DNA from: Macrostomum lignano
Taxonomy: Eukaryota
Assembly (NCBI GenBank): GCA_002269645.1
Contig: NIVC01000283.1
Location: forward strand, 310,001-374,000
DNA length: 64,000 bases
Direction: 5' to 3'
The position numbers and the translations under genes were made by a program. Below are positions 26,671 through 39,664 of this stretch, in pieces; position 1 is the stretch's first letter; every line of letters starts with the position of its first letter. The notes beneath the pieces were generated by a model that saw only the letters and a program-made list of their open reading frames with translations, was not told the DNA's origin and ran no database searches.

Positions 26671-27411
26671 ATAATGTAGTATGACAGCATGTTGGATGGG
26701 ATGTTGGATGGGATTGGAATGGAATTGTGTAAGACTGATTTTGTTACTGAGGAATTATTTTCCATTTAACGCAAAAAAATGCATTAAAATCATGCAAGCA
26801 ACGGACTTTTAGAAAGTTGGATGCCTCAGATGCAATTATTTAGCCAAGATGTTAGTTTCGTGCATTGTTCGGCTTCCAGTCCAGGTGCCATCCCTAATCA
26901 GAGGTCCTTGACAGCAGAGAGGTGGCTGTTAAAGACAGGGATTCGTTGCCGCTGCCTTTTATTCGCTCGCCACGCTGGTGCAAAGGGCTTGGCATGGGAC
27001 GCGACCCCTTACCAGCTTTTGGAAATTGGGGAAGAAAGCCGAAAGCAGATTTGCGGCCTCTGCATGCTTTTGCTTGCTGGTGAAACAGTGTCCAACCTTA
27101 CCTGCCTTCCCTGTGGGTGCGGAGCCGCGCAAGAGGTTACGAGGGAACTGCATGTGTACAATTGCATGCACACTTTTCGTGCACTGTGCCATAAGTGCGT
27201 TTCAAGATGTCCGACTGATACCGGGATTTGGCCGTGAATTTCGAGTCTGGACACTTGGCTGCCCCTCCACTATGGCTGTGAAAGTTTCTACAGTGCCATG
27301 TCAGAGGATGATGCTTAATAAATCAATGTGTGATGGGATCATGTAGGTTTGGCATAGTGGAGAAAAGGATTGGAGTTGGATTATGCAAAATGGGAAAAGG
27401 AAAAGGAGATC

Positions 27412-28785
27412 AGATAAGGATGGGATCATGTAGGATGAGGATGGGATCATGTAGGATGGGGATGGGATCAGATAAGATGGAAAAGGGACCATGTAGGATG
27501 GAAATGGGATCATGTAGGATGAGGATGGGATCATGTAGGATGAGGATGGGATCATGTAGGATAAGGATGGGATCATGTAGGATGAGGATGGGATCATGTA
27601 GGATGAGGATGGGATCATGTAGGATGAGGATGGGATCATGTAGGATAAGGATGGGATCATGTAGGATGAGGATGGGATCATGTAGGATGGAGATGGGACC
27701 ATGTAGGATGGAAATGGGATCATGTAGGATGAGGATGGGATCATGTAGGATGGAGATGGGACCATGTAGGATGGAAATGGGATCATGTAGGATGAGGACG
27801 GGATCATATAGGATGCAGTGGGATCATATAGGATGGGGACGGGATCATATAGGATGAGGACGGGATCATATAGGATGGGGATGGGATCATATAGGATGGG
27901 GACGGGATCATATAGGATGGGGATGGGATCATATAGGATGGGGATGGGATCATATAGGGTAGGGATGGGATCATGCAGGATGAAGCGAAAGTATATCAGA
28001 TGCAACCGTATTTAATGGGATCATGTAGGATGAGGATGAAACCATGTAGGATGGAAATGGGATCATGTAGGATGGGGATGGGATCATATAGGATGGGGAC
28101 GGGATCATATAGGATGGGGATGGGATCATGTAGGATGGAAATGGGATCATGTAGGATGAGGATGGGATCATGTAGGATGAGGATGGGATCATGTAGGATG
28201 GAAATGGGACCATGTAGGATGAGGATGGGATCATGTAGGATGAGGATGGGATCATGTAGGATGAGGATGGGATCATGTAGGATGAGAATGGGATCATGTA
28301 GGATGAGGATGGGATCATGTAGGATGAGGATGGGATCATGTAGGATGGGGATGGGACCATGTAGGATGGAAATGGGACCATGTAGGATGGAAATGGGATC
28401 ATGTAGGATGAGGATGGGATCATGTAGGATAAGAATGGGATCATGTAGGATGAGAATGGGATCATGTAGGATGAGGATGGGATCATGTAGGATGAGGATG
28501 GGATCATATAGGATTAGGATGGGATCATATTCGATAGGGATGGGATCATATAGAATAAGAATGGGATCATATAGGTTGCAGTGGGATCATATAGGTTGCA
28601 GTGGGATCATATAGGATGGGGACGGGATCATATAGAATGGGGATGGGTTCATATAGAATGGGGATGGGATCATATAGGATGGGGATGGGATCATATAGGG
28701 TAGGGATGGGATCATGCAGGATAGGGATGGGATCATGCAGGATGAAGCGAAAGTATATAAGATGCAATCGTATTTAATGGGATCA
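27412..28785. repeat. 21-bp minisatellite (ATGGGATCATGTAGGATGAGG)n arranged as two duplicated blocks
   Basis: Both blocks end in the same ~45-bp unique tail (GGATGAAGCGAAAGTATAT...GTATTTAATGGGATCA). Confidence 0.93.
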
Positions 28786-29124
28786 CGGAAATTGAGACAA
28801 CCTTAAGAAGGCATTAGTTGTTTCATGCAATTAAATAAACTACTCAGGCAGAAAGTCTGATGACTAAATAACTCAAATGCAAGAGTAGCTATGATCCGAT
28901 GGGAGTGGGGGTGATAAACAGGTCATTGATAAACATCTCATCTTCAGCCACTCAGCCCCCCATAATAGCATGGCACAGACTGCATTGAGTAACAAATATG
29001 GCAAGTGGCGGTTCTGAGTGGCTTGCCATCGCAGTGATCGTATTTGCCGGGCCTCTTCACTTCTACAGAGGCGATTCACATTGGTACTTTTGTGCCACAG
29101 ATAAATTATAATTATTATTGGCTC

Positions 29125-29885
29125 AAATTGAGATACAAATTACATCCCAGATTGGCGCCACAATGACATCCCAGATTGGCGCCACATTGAGATTCCAGAT
29201 CGGCGCCACATTGAGATTCCAGATCGGCGCCACAATGAAATCCCAGATCGGCGCCATAATGAGATCCCAGGTCGGCGCCACAATGAAATCTCAGGTCGGC
29301 GCCACAATGAAATCTCAGATCGGCGCCACAATGAAATCTCAGATCGGCGCCACAATGAAATCTCAGGTCGGCGCCACAATGACATCCCAGATTGGCGCCA
29401 TAATGAGATCTCAGATCGGCGCCACAATGAAATCTCAGATCGGCGCCACAATGAAATCTCAGGTCGGCGCCATAATGAGATCCCAGATCGGCGCCACAAT
29501 GAAATCTCAGATCGGCGCCACAATGAAATCCCAGATCGGTGCCATAATGAGATCCCAGATCGGCGCCACAATGAAATCTCAGATCGGCGCCACAATGAAA
29601 TCCCAGATCGGCGCCATAATGAGATCCCAGATCGGCACCACAATGAAATCCCAGATCGGCGCCATAATGAGATCCCAGATCGGCGCCACAATGAAATCCC
29701 AGATCGGAGGGGCCACAATGAGATCCCAGATTGGCGCCATAATAAGATCCCAGATCGACGCCACAATGAAATCCCAGATCGGCGCCACAATGACATCCCA
29801 GATCGGCGCCACAATGAAATCCCAGATCGGCGCCATAATGAGATTCCAGATCGGTGCCATAATGAGATCCCAGATTAGTGCCACA
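29125..29885. repeat. 24-bp minisatellite (CAGATCGGCGCCACAATGAAATCY)n
   Basis: About 31 units; open reading frame on + (QIGATMKS repeats). Confidence 0.95.
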
Positions 29886-30194
29886 GAGATACTCTGATAA
29901 TACTACTGTGAATGCTACTGAGAACAGTAGTGAATTAGTCCATTAAAAGGGCAGTGGTGCACAATTTAGGAAGGCTTTATTCAATACGCCATTAATTTAC
30001 AAGCACTTTGTGCTCACGGCAGAGCTCTCGGCTGCTCGAGGTTGGCCTAATTAGTAAAGAGGAAAATGAATGCTTTTTGCTACTTAAGAATAGAGAAAAG
30101 AAATCCTTACGCATGAACACTCGCGGTTGAAAAAAAGCGCAAAATAACCTTCCTGCTCGCTAATTTGAAGTGTTTCTGCTTGCAAATCTTCATT

Positions 30195-30555
30195 CTCCCC
30201 CTCCCCCCTCTCTCCGCTCTCTCCCTTCTACCCCTCTCTCCTCTCTCCCTCTTCTCCCCTCTCTCCCTCTCGCCCCTCTCTGACCTCTCTCCTGTCTCGA
30301 ACTTTTTCCCCTCTCTCCCCTCTCTCCGCTCTCTCCCCTCTCTCCGCTCTCTCCCCTCTCTCTCCTCTCTCCCCCTCTATCCTCTCTCCGTGTCTCCCCT
30401 CTCTTCCCTCTCTCCCCTCTCTCCCTCTCTGACCTCTCTTCCCTCTCCAACTTTTCCCCTCTCTCCCCTCTCTCCCCCTCCCCCCTCTTTTCTCTTCTTC
30501 CCTATCTCCCTCTCTTTCCTCTCTCCCCTCTCTCCCCTCTCTCCCTCTTCCCTGT
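30195..30555. repeat. CT-rich low-complexity tract
   Basis: Irregular CTCTCCCC units. Confidence 0.9.
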
Positions 30556-31259
30556 CACCCATTCCCTCTCCTAGGCTATACTTGCCTTTATTGCACCTTC
30601 GTTTTCAGCCCAGTCTGCTAAAACTCCACCTAGAGTCACTTAACCATCTGATGCACTTCCGTTACCAGTGTCTTCATCTTTTAGAGTTTCTGTAGAGTTC
30701 GTTTCTAAAGTTCCATGATAAGGGAACTTGATCCTGTTGCTAGGGCAAGCAGCTATCACAGCTGACCGTCTATTGCTGCTCGAAACCCGTTCGATTAGCT
30801 ACCTGCCTGTGTGCCAGATCTCTGAATGTTTTTCCTCCAGCATACAAGAGACGCCTAGCTCAGACGAACTCTCCCCCCCTGTCTCTCTCAATGCTCATTG
30901 ACTGGAAATGACTCTTCGAAGAGGAAGCCGTCTTGTGCAGAAGCAGACTACTGCCACATAGGCATCCAGCTAAGCTCATAAGCTGCAGCCTACGAGCCTG
31001 CATTGCTCGCCCACTTTCCATTGAGCTTCTCTTAGACACGCCCAGCGGAGTGCAGCTTCCTGCTGCCTTCCTTTGCAGCCAGTTTTGTACTTTTAAGCAA
31101 ATGCAGCCAGCCTTATTAACTGCGTGTAAATATTCGCACCATTTCGGTTATAAGCTTATCTGCTGCATTGCCTGACCGTATCGATACAGACAGACGTTCA
31201 AACGGGAGCGGCAATATAAAATACTAAGGAGATCAAACGTAAGTGAGATGAAAGAGACA

Positions 31260-31885
31260 CGATAGGGGAGAGGGGAGATGGAGAAAGGAGAGGGCAGAGA
31301 AGAGAGGAGAAAGAGAGGAGAGGGGAGATAGGAGATTAGAGATGGGGAGAGAGGGGAGGGGGGAGACGGGAGAGGAGAGGGGAGAGGAGAGGGGAGAGGA
31401 GAGGGAGAGAGGAGAGGGGAGAGGAGAGGGGAGAGGAGAGGGAGGGGAGTGGGGAGAGGAGAGGGGAGAGGAGAGGGGAGGGGAGAGGGGAGAGGAGAGG
31501 GGAGGGGAATGGGGAGAGGAGAGGGGAGAGGGGAGAGGAGAGGAGAGGGGAGAGGAGAGGGGAGAGGGGAGAGGAGAGGGGACAGAAGAGAGAGGAGAAA
31601 TGAGAAGGGAGAGAGGAGATAAGAGAGGTGATCGATGGGAGAGGAGAAGGAGAGAGGAGAGGGGAGAGGAGAGAGAAAGGAGAGGGGAGAGGAGAGGGGA
31701 GAGGAGAGGGGAGAGGAGAGGGGAGAGGAGAGGGGAGAGGGGAGAGGAGAGGGGAGAGGGAGAGAGGAGAGGGGACAGAAGAGAGAGGAGAAATGAGAAG
31801 GGAGAGAGGAGATAAGAGAGGTGATCGATGGGGAGAGGAGAAGGCGAGAGGAGAGAGGAGAGGAGAGAGAAAGGAGAGGAGAGAG
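31260..31885. repeat. GA-rich low-complexity tract (GGAGAGGGGA-like) with internal ~160-bp duplication
   Basis: The segment GGGACAGAAGAG...GGTGATCGATGGG occurs twice (about 31578-31640 and 31770-31832). Confidence 0.9.
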
Positions 31886-32461
31886 GCTACTCTTAGCAAA
31901 GAAGGGGAGGGGAGAGTGGCTCCCGATGTCGTCTTTAAGCCCTGAAATTCGAGCAAGTCAGGAATGCCTGCTTCAAGTTTTCTTTCCCTAATGAGCTGCT
32001 TTTTTACTTTTTTGTATTGTCAACCGGGGGAGACACGAAAAGTTGATAAAAAACAAGCTTAGCAAAGAAGTTGTTATTGAATTGGACAAGAGAGGAGGAA
32101 TCACAGTCACTAAATTTATATATTCACGGGATGAACTAAAAAATTCACACATTTCACACATTAATTATCTATTCACAGAACTGATTCACACAGTCATGAT
32201 ATACTCACGGAATGGATTCACACATTCATGATCTATTCACAGAATTGGTTCACACATTCATGATCTATTCACGGAATTGATTCACACATGCATTATCTAT
32301 TCACAGAATATATTCACACATTCATACATGTCAACTAACATTCACACTTTCAGAATGAACTCATGGGACAGATAAATATTGGCAGCTAGGTTAGAGTTCA
32401 CAGATTAACCATCAATTCACGAGATGAAAATGTCAATCACAAATTCGATCAGTTCCCTCAC

Positions 32462-32609
32462 CTGGAGTCCGACTTGGCCCGGTGCAGCGAGGAAGACCTG
32501 GAAGTCACCGTCTGGCCCCCAGAGCTGAGCCAAAACTGCGCCGATTGTAACCAGCCGAGCTGGAGTTCAGGCCATAGAATCCGCCGCCTCCGCCTCGAGA
32601 CCGAATGCT
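32462..32609 (-). CDS. Candidate exon of orphan minus-strand gene (apparent frame discontinuity at a G5 run)
   Basis: Acceptor AATCAG| (32610) and strong donor CAG|GTGAGG (32461); GC-rich; protein-like sequence in two different frames joined at the homopolymer 32516-32520. Confidence 0.35.
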
Positions 32610-33055
32610 CTGATTGCGGCCCCACATGTTCTCCCAGCAACAACAACACGGCTCACACGGTTGGAAATGGGAATCAAATTAAACATGTGCAGGTGAGCAG
32701 GGGGGCTAAAAAAGCATGCATCTGTATATTTAAGCCACCGCACGGCTCTCGAACCTTGCCGTCCAATGGCTGGACTCGGCTCTGAATTATAATTTATAAT
32801 CGCTTCCCATCTCCTCAGATGCTTGCGCTTGGTTATTCTATTCTCGGCCGACACATATCGCTTCACAGGGTGGGGGGGAAGGATGGGCGGCAATCCGAGA
32901 AGACACGTTGGGCCCCCCTGTTCTCTCGGGCTGCAGCTTGGGCTACTGAGCCTGCCATGCATATTATAGTCGCGCAGATTACCTGTGTGGCATGTGTGCG
33001 TGTGTATTTACCGATGCATAGAGATATCAGCAACTCTCATGCATCTCCCCAGTGG

Positions 33056-33235
33056 ACTCTCATTCATCTCACCCGTGGACTCTCATTAATCTTACCCTGG
33101 AGACTCTCATTAATCTTACCCTGGAGACTCTCATTCATCTCACCCTGAAGACTCTCATTCATCATCTCACCCTGAAGACTCTCATTCATCTCACCCTGAA
33201 GACTCTCATCCTGAAGGCTCTCATTCATCTGACCC
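33056..33235. repeat. 24-bp minisatellite (ACTCTCATTCATCTCACCCTGAAG)n
   Basis: About 7 degenerate units. Confidence 0.85.
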
Positions 33236-33469
33236 ATCACGTTCACACACGTATGAACCCTCACTCGAGAATGCGGCAATCCACTGCGAAATTCTTGACT
33301 GCGGAAGGAAGGAATTTAGTGGCTCTGGATATCCACGGTTTCAAGAAATATGAAAATGATTTCGTATAGCCTCAAGTGAGTTATACATGTACGGAGAGCT
33401 ACGTATCTCCACAATCGTCCCAGTAAGAATCTGACTTCTTATAGTCTGTAGAATAGCCCCATCATTCTC

Positions 33470-35390
33470 TGTAACATCGCCCTCACACCCACTGAAAAAT
33501 CGCCCTTACACCCTCTGTAGAATCGCCCTCTCACTTTCTGTAGAATCGCCCTCACACCCTCTGCAGAATCGCCCTCACACTATCCGTAGAATCGCCCTCA
33601 CACTTTCTATAGAATCGCCCTAACACCCTCTGCAGAATCGCCCTCACACCCTCTGCAGAATCGCCCTCACACCATCCGTAGAATCGCCCTCACACTTTCT
33701 ATAGAATCGCCCTCACACCCTCTGTAGAATCGCCCTCACACCATCCGTAGAATCGACCTCAGACTCTCTGCAGAATCGCCCTCACACCCTCTGTAGAATC
33801 GCCCTCAGACTCTCTGCAGAATCGCCCTCACACCATCCGTAGAATCGCCATCAGACTCTCTGTAGAATCGCCCTCACACTTTCTGTAGAATCGCCCTCAG
33901 ACTCTCTGTAGAATCGCCCTCACACTTTCTATAGAATCGCCCTCACACCCTCTGCAGAATCGCCCTCACACCATCTGTAGAATCGCCCTCAGACTCTCTG
34001 TAGAATCGCCCTCACCCTTTCTATAGAATCGCCCTCACACCCTCTGCAGAATCGCCCTCACACCATCTGTAGAATCGCCCTCAGACTCTCTGTAGAATCG
34101 CCCTCACACTTTCTATAGAATCGCCCTCACACCCTCTGCAGAATCGCCCTCACACCCTCTGCAGAATCGCCCTCAGACTCTCTGTAGAATCGCCCTCACC
34201 CTTTCTGTAGAATCGCCCTCACACCCTCTGCAGAATCGCCCTCACACCATCTGTAGAATCGCCCTCAGACTCTCTGTAGAATCGCCCTCTCACTTTCTGT
34301 AGAATCGCCCTCACACCATCTGTAGAATCGCCCTCAGACTCTCTGTAGAATCGCCCTCACACTTTCTATAGAATCGCCCTCACACCCTCTGCAGAATCGC
34401 CCTCACACCATCCGTAGAATCGCCCTCAGACTCTCTGTAGAATCGCCCTCACACTTTCTGTAGAATCGCCCTCACACCCTCTGCAGAATCGCCCTCACAC
34501 CATCTGCAGAATCGCCCTCAGACTCTCTGTAGAATCGCCCTCACACTTTCTATAGAATCGCCCTCACACCCTCTGCAGAATCGCCCTCACACCATCCGTA
34601 GAATCGCCCTCAGACTCTCTGTAGAATCGCCCTCACACTTTCTGTAGAATCGCCCTCACACCCTCTGCAGAATCGCCCTCACACCATCTGTAGAATCGCC
34701 CTCAGACTCTCTGTAGAATCGCCCTCTCACTTTCTGTAGAATCGCCCTCACACCATCTGTAGAATCGCTCTCAGACTCTCTGTAGAATCGCCCTCACACC
34801 CTCTTCAGAATCGCCCTCACACCATCTGTAGAATCGCCCTCAGACTCTCTGTAGAATCGCCCTCACCCTTTCTATAGAATCGCCCTCACACCCTCTGCAG
34901 AATCGCCCTCACACCATCTGTAGAATCGCCCTCAGACTCTCTGTAGAATCGCCCTCAAACTTTCTATAGAATCGCCCTTACATCCTCTGCAGAATCGCCC
35001 TCACACCATCCGTAGAATCGCCCTCAGACTCCCTGTAGAATCGCCCTCACACTTTCTGTAGAATCGCCCTCACACCCTCTGCAGAATCGCCCTCACACCA
35101 TCTGCAGAATCGCCCTCAGACTCTCTGTAGAATCGCCCTCACACTTTCTATAGAATCGCCCTCACACCCTCTGCAGAATCGCCCTCACACCATCCGTAGA
35201 ATCGCCCTCAGACTCTCTGTAGAATCGCCCTCACACTTTCTATAGAATCGCCCTCACACCCTCTGCAGAATCGCCCTCACACCATCCGTAGAATCGCCCT
35301 CAGACTCTCTGTAGAATCGCCCTCACACCCTCTGTAGAATCGCCCTCACACCATCTGTAGAATCGCCCTCACACCTTGTAGAATCGCCCC
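33470..35390. repeat. 23-bp satellite (AGAATCGCCCTCACACYNTCTRY)n with 92-bp higher-order repeat
   Basis: About 83 monomers; four variants recur in fixed order. Confidence 0.96.
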
Positions 35391-35879
35391 AATCTTCCAG
35401 TAAAAAACGAACAATCGAAAACACAAAGATTTTCTTGGGTCGAGAATTTTTTTACTTGCAAAACAAGAGCAGAAAACATTTTCTAACATAAATTTGCCAA
35501 TAATATTGCAGCACGTGTTGCAATAGCATATGAATATCTGTGTTATAATCAGTTATCATATCGTACAAGTGTGCGACTGACCGTTACCATAAGTTATAAA
35601 TCAATCATTGACATAATTAATTATTGCACTTTCTTAACAACGGAAATATTACATACAGTAACTGCATACTTTACTAGTCACAACAGGTCTGTTTGGGCAC
35701 GAAGATTAGGCATAATGGAAGCAGTTTTAAGGCATATATAATAGCAACAAAGGTTTATTAAGCGACCGATTAAGCATGGGTAACATGCATAGCATTATTA
35801 GCATACTATTAGCTATATAGAACTAAGACTAGGCCGTCTAAGGATCAAGACTGTTTTTTTTATCAAAACCCTTAACTTA

Positions 35880-36385
35880 ATCACCCCAGAACAGCCCTAA
35901 GGAATCGCCCTCACCCCAGAACAGCCCTAAGGAATCGCCCTCACCCCAGAACAGCCCTAAGGAATCGCCCTCACCCCCCAGAACAGCCCTAAGGAATTGC
36001 CCTCACCCCAGAACAGCCCTAAGGAATCGCCCTCACCCCAGAACAGCCCTAAGGAATCGCCCTCACCCCAGAACAGCCCTAAGGAATCGCCCTCACCCCC
36101 CAGAACAGCCCTAAGGAATTGCCCTCACCCCAGAACAGCCCTAAGGAATCGCCCTCACCCCAGAACAGCCCTAAGGAATCGCCCTCACCCCAGAACAGCC
36201 CTAAGGAATTGCCCTCACCCCAGAACATCCCTAAGGAATCGCCCTCACCCCAGAACAGCCCTAAGGAATCGCCCTCACCCAGAACAGCCCTAAGGAATCG
36301 CCCTCACCCCAGAACAGCCCTAAGGAATCGCCCTCACCCCAGAACAGCCCTAAGGAATCGCCCTCACCCCAAAACAGCCCCTAAG
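35880..36385. repeat. 30-bp minisatellite (CCCTCACCCCAGAACAGCCCTAAGGAATCG)n
   Basis: About 16 units; shares the core GAATCGCCCTCAC with the preceding array. Confidence 0.95.
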
Positions 36386-37119
36386 GAATCGGAAGCTGAA
36401 AAAAGCACCCTTAAAAGCCAAGAACTGATCTATACGTGGCGAATCTCAATCGCGCTATAAATACAAAATGGGTTAAGCAAGCTTAAGGCAAGGCAAGCTG
36501 ATAGATATAAATGACCAACAGCGATCTGACTTTTATCTCATTTTATCTCAAGGCTCTATAAACCATGGTCACATGCGTAAACAAGCCAGGTAAATACTAA
36601 TAGATAAGAGATTTAAATTAAATCTGATCTCCTCAATTTGTTTGAGCAATGTAAACAATAGTTCAAAGCCAACCACACGCAATTTTGATTTGCATGCAAT
36701 TCTACCATAACTAGTCAGTCCAGTTGTGCTAATATAGCATTTTATAAATAGGTGGAATACAAATGAAAATAAGAATGAAACTGCGAGTTAATAAGTTAAA
36801 TGCTTAAAAAATAACTATAAACAAAATCTGATTAAAGAGATTCATAAAGGGCGTCTGTTAGAAATTTGATGGCAAAACAAAAGAAAAATTAGGAAAATTT
36901 ATGCAAAAACACTAATAATTTAAGATTAGATGGATGTATTGTGCTCCATGTAGCCTTGCATTTGGCTTGACTAAAATTTTTGGTACGAAAATACATAATA
37001 AGTATAATTAAGATAGCAGGTGACCTTTAATTTGATAAAAATAGGCTTTATATAAGTACATGTTGTGACTAATAGGAACTGCTGCGAGTTGAAATTGCGA
37101 TTTCTGAGTATCTGGGGAT

Positions 37120-38800
37120 TGGGATTTCTGGGAATCTGAAGATTTGAGGATTTCTGAGAATCTGAAGATTTGGGGATTTCTGGGAATATGAAGATTTGGG
37201 GATTTCTGAGAGTCTGAAGATTTGGGGATTTCTAAGAATCTGAAGATTTTGGGATTTCTGAGAATCTGAAGATTTGAGGATTTCTGAGAATCTGAAGATT
37301 TGGGGATTTCTGGGAATCTGACGATTTGAGGATTTCTGGGAATCTGAAGATTTGGGGATTTCTAAGAATCTAAAGATTTGGGGATTTCTGAGAATCTGAA
37401 GATTTTGGGATTTCTGGGAATCTGAAGATTTGGGGATTTCTAAGAATCTAAAGATTTGGGGATTTCTGAGAATCTGAAGATTTTGGGATTTCTGAGAATC
37501 TGAAGATTTGGGGATTTCTAAGAATCTAAAGATTTGGGGATTTCTGAGAATCTGAAGATTTGGGGATTTCTGGGAATCTGAAGATTTGGGGTTTTCTGAG
37601 AATCTGAAGATTGGGGATTTCTGAGAACCTGAAGATTTAGGGATTTCTGAGAATCTGAAGATTTGGGGATTTCTGAGAATCTGAAGATTTGGGGATTTCT
37701 AAGAATCTAAAGATTTGGGGATTTCTGAGAATCTGAAGATTTGGGGATTTCTGAGAATCTGAAGATTTGGGGATTTCTGGGAATATGAAGATTTGGGGAT
37801 TTCTGAGAGTCTAAAGATTTGGGGATTTCTAAGAATCTGAAGATTTTGGGATTTCTGAGAATCTGAAGATTTGAGGATTTCTGAGAATCTGAAGATTTGG
37901 GGATTTCTGGGAATCTGACGATTTGAGGATTTCTGGGAATCTGAAGATTTGGGGATTTCTAAGAATCTAAAGATTTGGGGATTTCTGAGAATCTGAAGAT
38001 TTTGGGATTTCTGAGAATCTGAAGATTTGGGGATTTCTAAGAATCTAAAGATTTGGGGATTTCTAAGAATCTAAAGATTTGGGGATTTCTGAGAATCTGA
38101 AGATTTTGTGATTTCTGAGAATCTGAAGATTTGGGGATTTCTGAGAACCTGAAGATTTAGGGATTTCTGAGAATCTGAAGATTTGGGGATTTCTGAGAAT
38201 CTGAAGATTGGGGATTTCTGAGAATCTGAAGATTGGGGATTTCTGAGAATCTGAAGATTTGGGGATTTCTGAGAATCTGAAGATTTGGGGATTTCTGAGA
38301 ATCTGAAGATTTGGGGATTTCTAAGAATCTAAAGATTTGGGGATTTCTGAGAATCTGAAGATTTGGGGATTTCTGAGAATCTGAAGATTTGGAGATTTCT
38401 AAGAATCTGAAGATTTGGGATTTCTGAGAATCTGAAGATTTAGGGATTTCTGAGAATCTGAAGATTGGGGATTTCTAAGAATCTTGAAGATTGGGGATTT
38501 CTAGAAATCTGAAGATTGGGATTTCATCAGAAAATCTGAAGATTGGGGATTTTATCAGAAAATCTGAAGATTGGGGATTTTATCAGAAAATCTGAAGATT
38601 GGGGATTTTATCAGAAAATCTGAAGATTGGGGATTTTATCAGAGAATCTGAAGATTGGGGATTTTATCAGAGAATCTGAAGATTGGGGATTTTATCAGAA
38701 AATCTGAAGATTGGGGATTTTATCAGAGAATCTGAAGATTGGGGATCACTGGGGAGTCTTGGGGAGTCTGAAGATAGGAATTTCTGAGAATTTGAAGATC
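37120..38800. repeat. 26-bp minisatellite (GAATCTGAAGATTTGGGGATTTCTGA)n
   Basis: About 64 units, diverging at the right end; begins about 130 bp 3' of the CCSER-like stop. Confidence 0.96.
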
Positions 38801-38926
38801 AGGATTTTGTTAGAAGATTCAACTGATTTTTAGAATATGACAATTTGATTCTGGAATAAGCGGATTAGAAAACAAAGACCTCGGGGTTGCAGAATAACCA
38901 AGATTATGTCCCAAATCCTCGAAGCT

Positions 38927-39530
38927 CTACTCCGCCGCAGTCCGCAGTCGGTCAGCCTCAGCTTGCAGCTCAGCTACTCGAATCTCGAGTAGACGAACTC
39001 GCTTGGCGTCCAGGCCGCAGGCAGCGCACACCCCCGAGCCGGCGGCATCCGACACGGGCTCGTCGTTCATGAGCTGGCGGCGCAGCCTCAGCAGCGCGAG
39101 CCTCATTGCCGCCGCCTCCTGAGCCAGCTGCCGCAGATCCGACCCGCCCACCAGCACAGCGTCATCAGCTGGCGGCGGCGGCGACGATATCGACCTTGGC
39201 CGTTGCTGCGTTGCCGAGGTCATCGAGTGCGACATTGCCGTAGACGACAGCAGCGCTTGGCGCCGCTGCCTGAGCGACGCCGTCCGACGAAAACTGCCGC
39301 TGGTCCTGACCGCACCGGCTGCGGGAGGGAAGGCGCTGGGAGGACCCTCGGCGGCGGGGGTGCCCAGCTCGGACAGCAGGTCCTCTTCGTCCAGCAGGTT
39401 GCCAACGTCGGTGTCGAGCATCAGGTCGTCCGAGTTGACGCTGACGCTGCCGCCGGATTCGTAGCGACGCCGGCGCAATGACGAGTTGGACGGCGCTGCT
39501 GCGGCTGGGGCGGTGGGACTGCAACTGCTG
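38927..39530 (-). CDS. CCSER1/2 (FAM190)-like coiled-coil serine-rich protein, exon 2
   Basis: Acceptor CCCCCCTTTCCGCAG|C (39531), phase 2. Reads ...RRRRYESGGSVSVNSDDLMLDTDVGNLLDEED...DLRQLAQEAAAMRLALLRLRRQLMN...LLEIRVAELQAEADRLRTAAE-stop. The DDLMLD and R.L.Q...A...LL....R.L motifs match CCSER motifs by recall. Confidence 0.7.
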
Positions 39531-39664
39531 CTGCGGAAAGGGGGGGGGGTTGGTGAAAGTCAAACAAAGAATACTTAGCGCCAAATTGGCATGGGAAGAT
39601 TTTTCTAAAAGAAACGAGATCGAGCCAGGAAATCCATTCAAAACGGATAATTTTTATAAATACA

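Noticed and set aside
26900-26945. CAGAGAGGTGGCTGTTAAAGACAGG resembling a pogo/Tigger-type MITE end
   Set aside because: No partner inverted repeat or TSD found; too short to support.
35880-36385. Interstitial telomeric repeat (CCCTAA in each unit)
   Set aside because: Only one hexamer per 30-bp unit; no tandem (TTAGGG)n.
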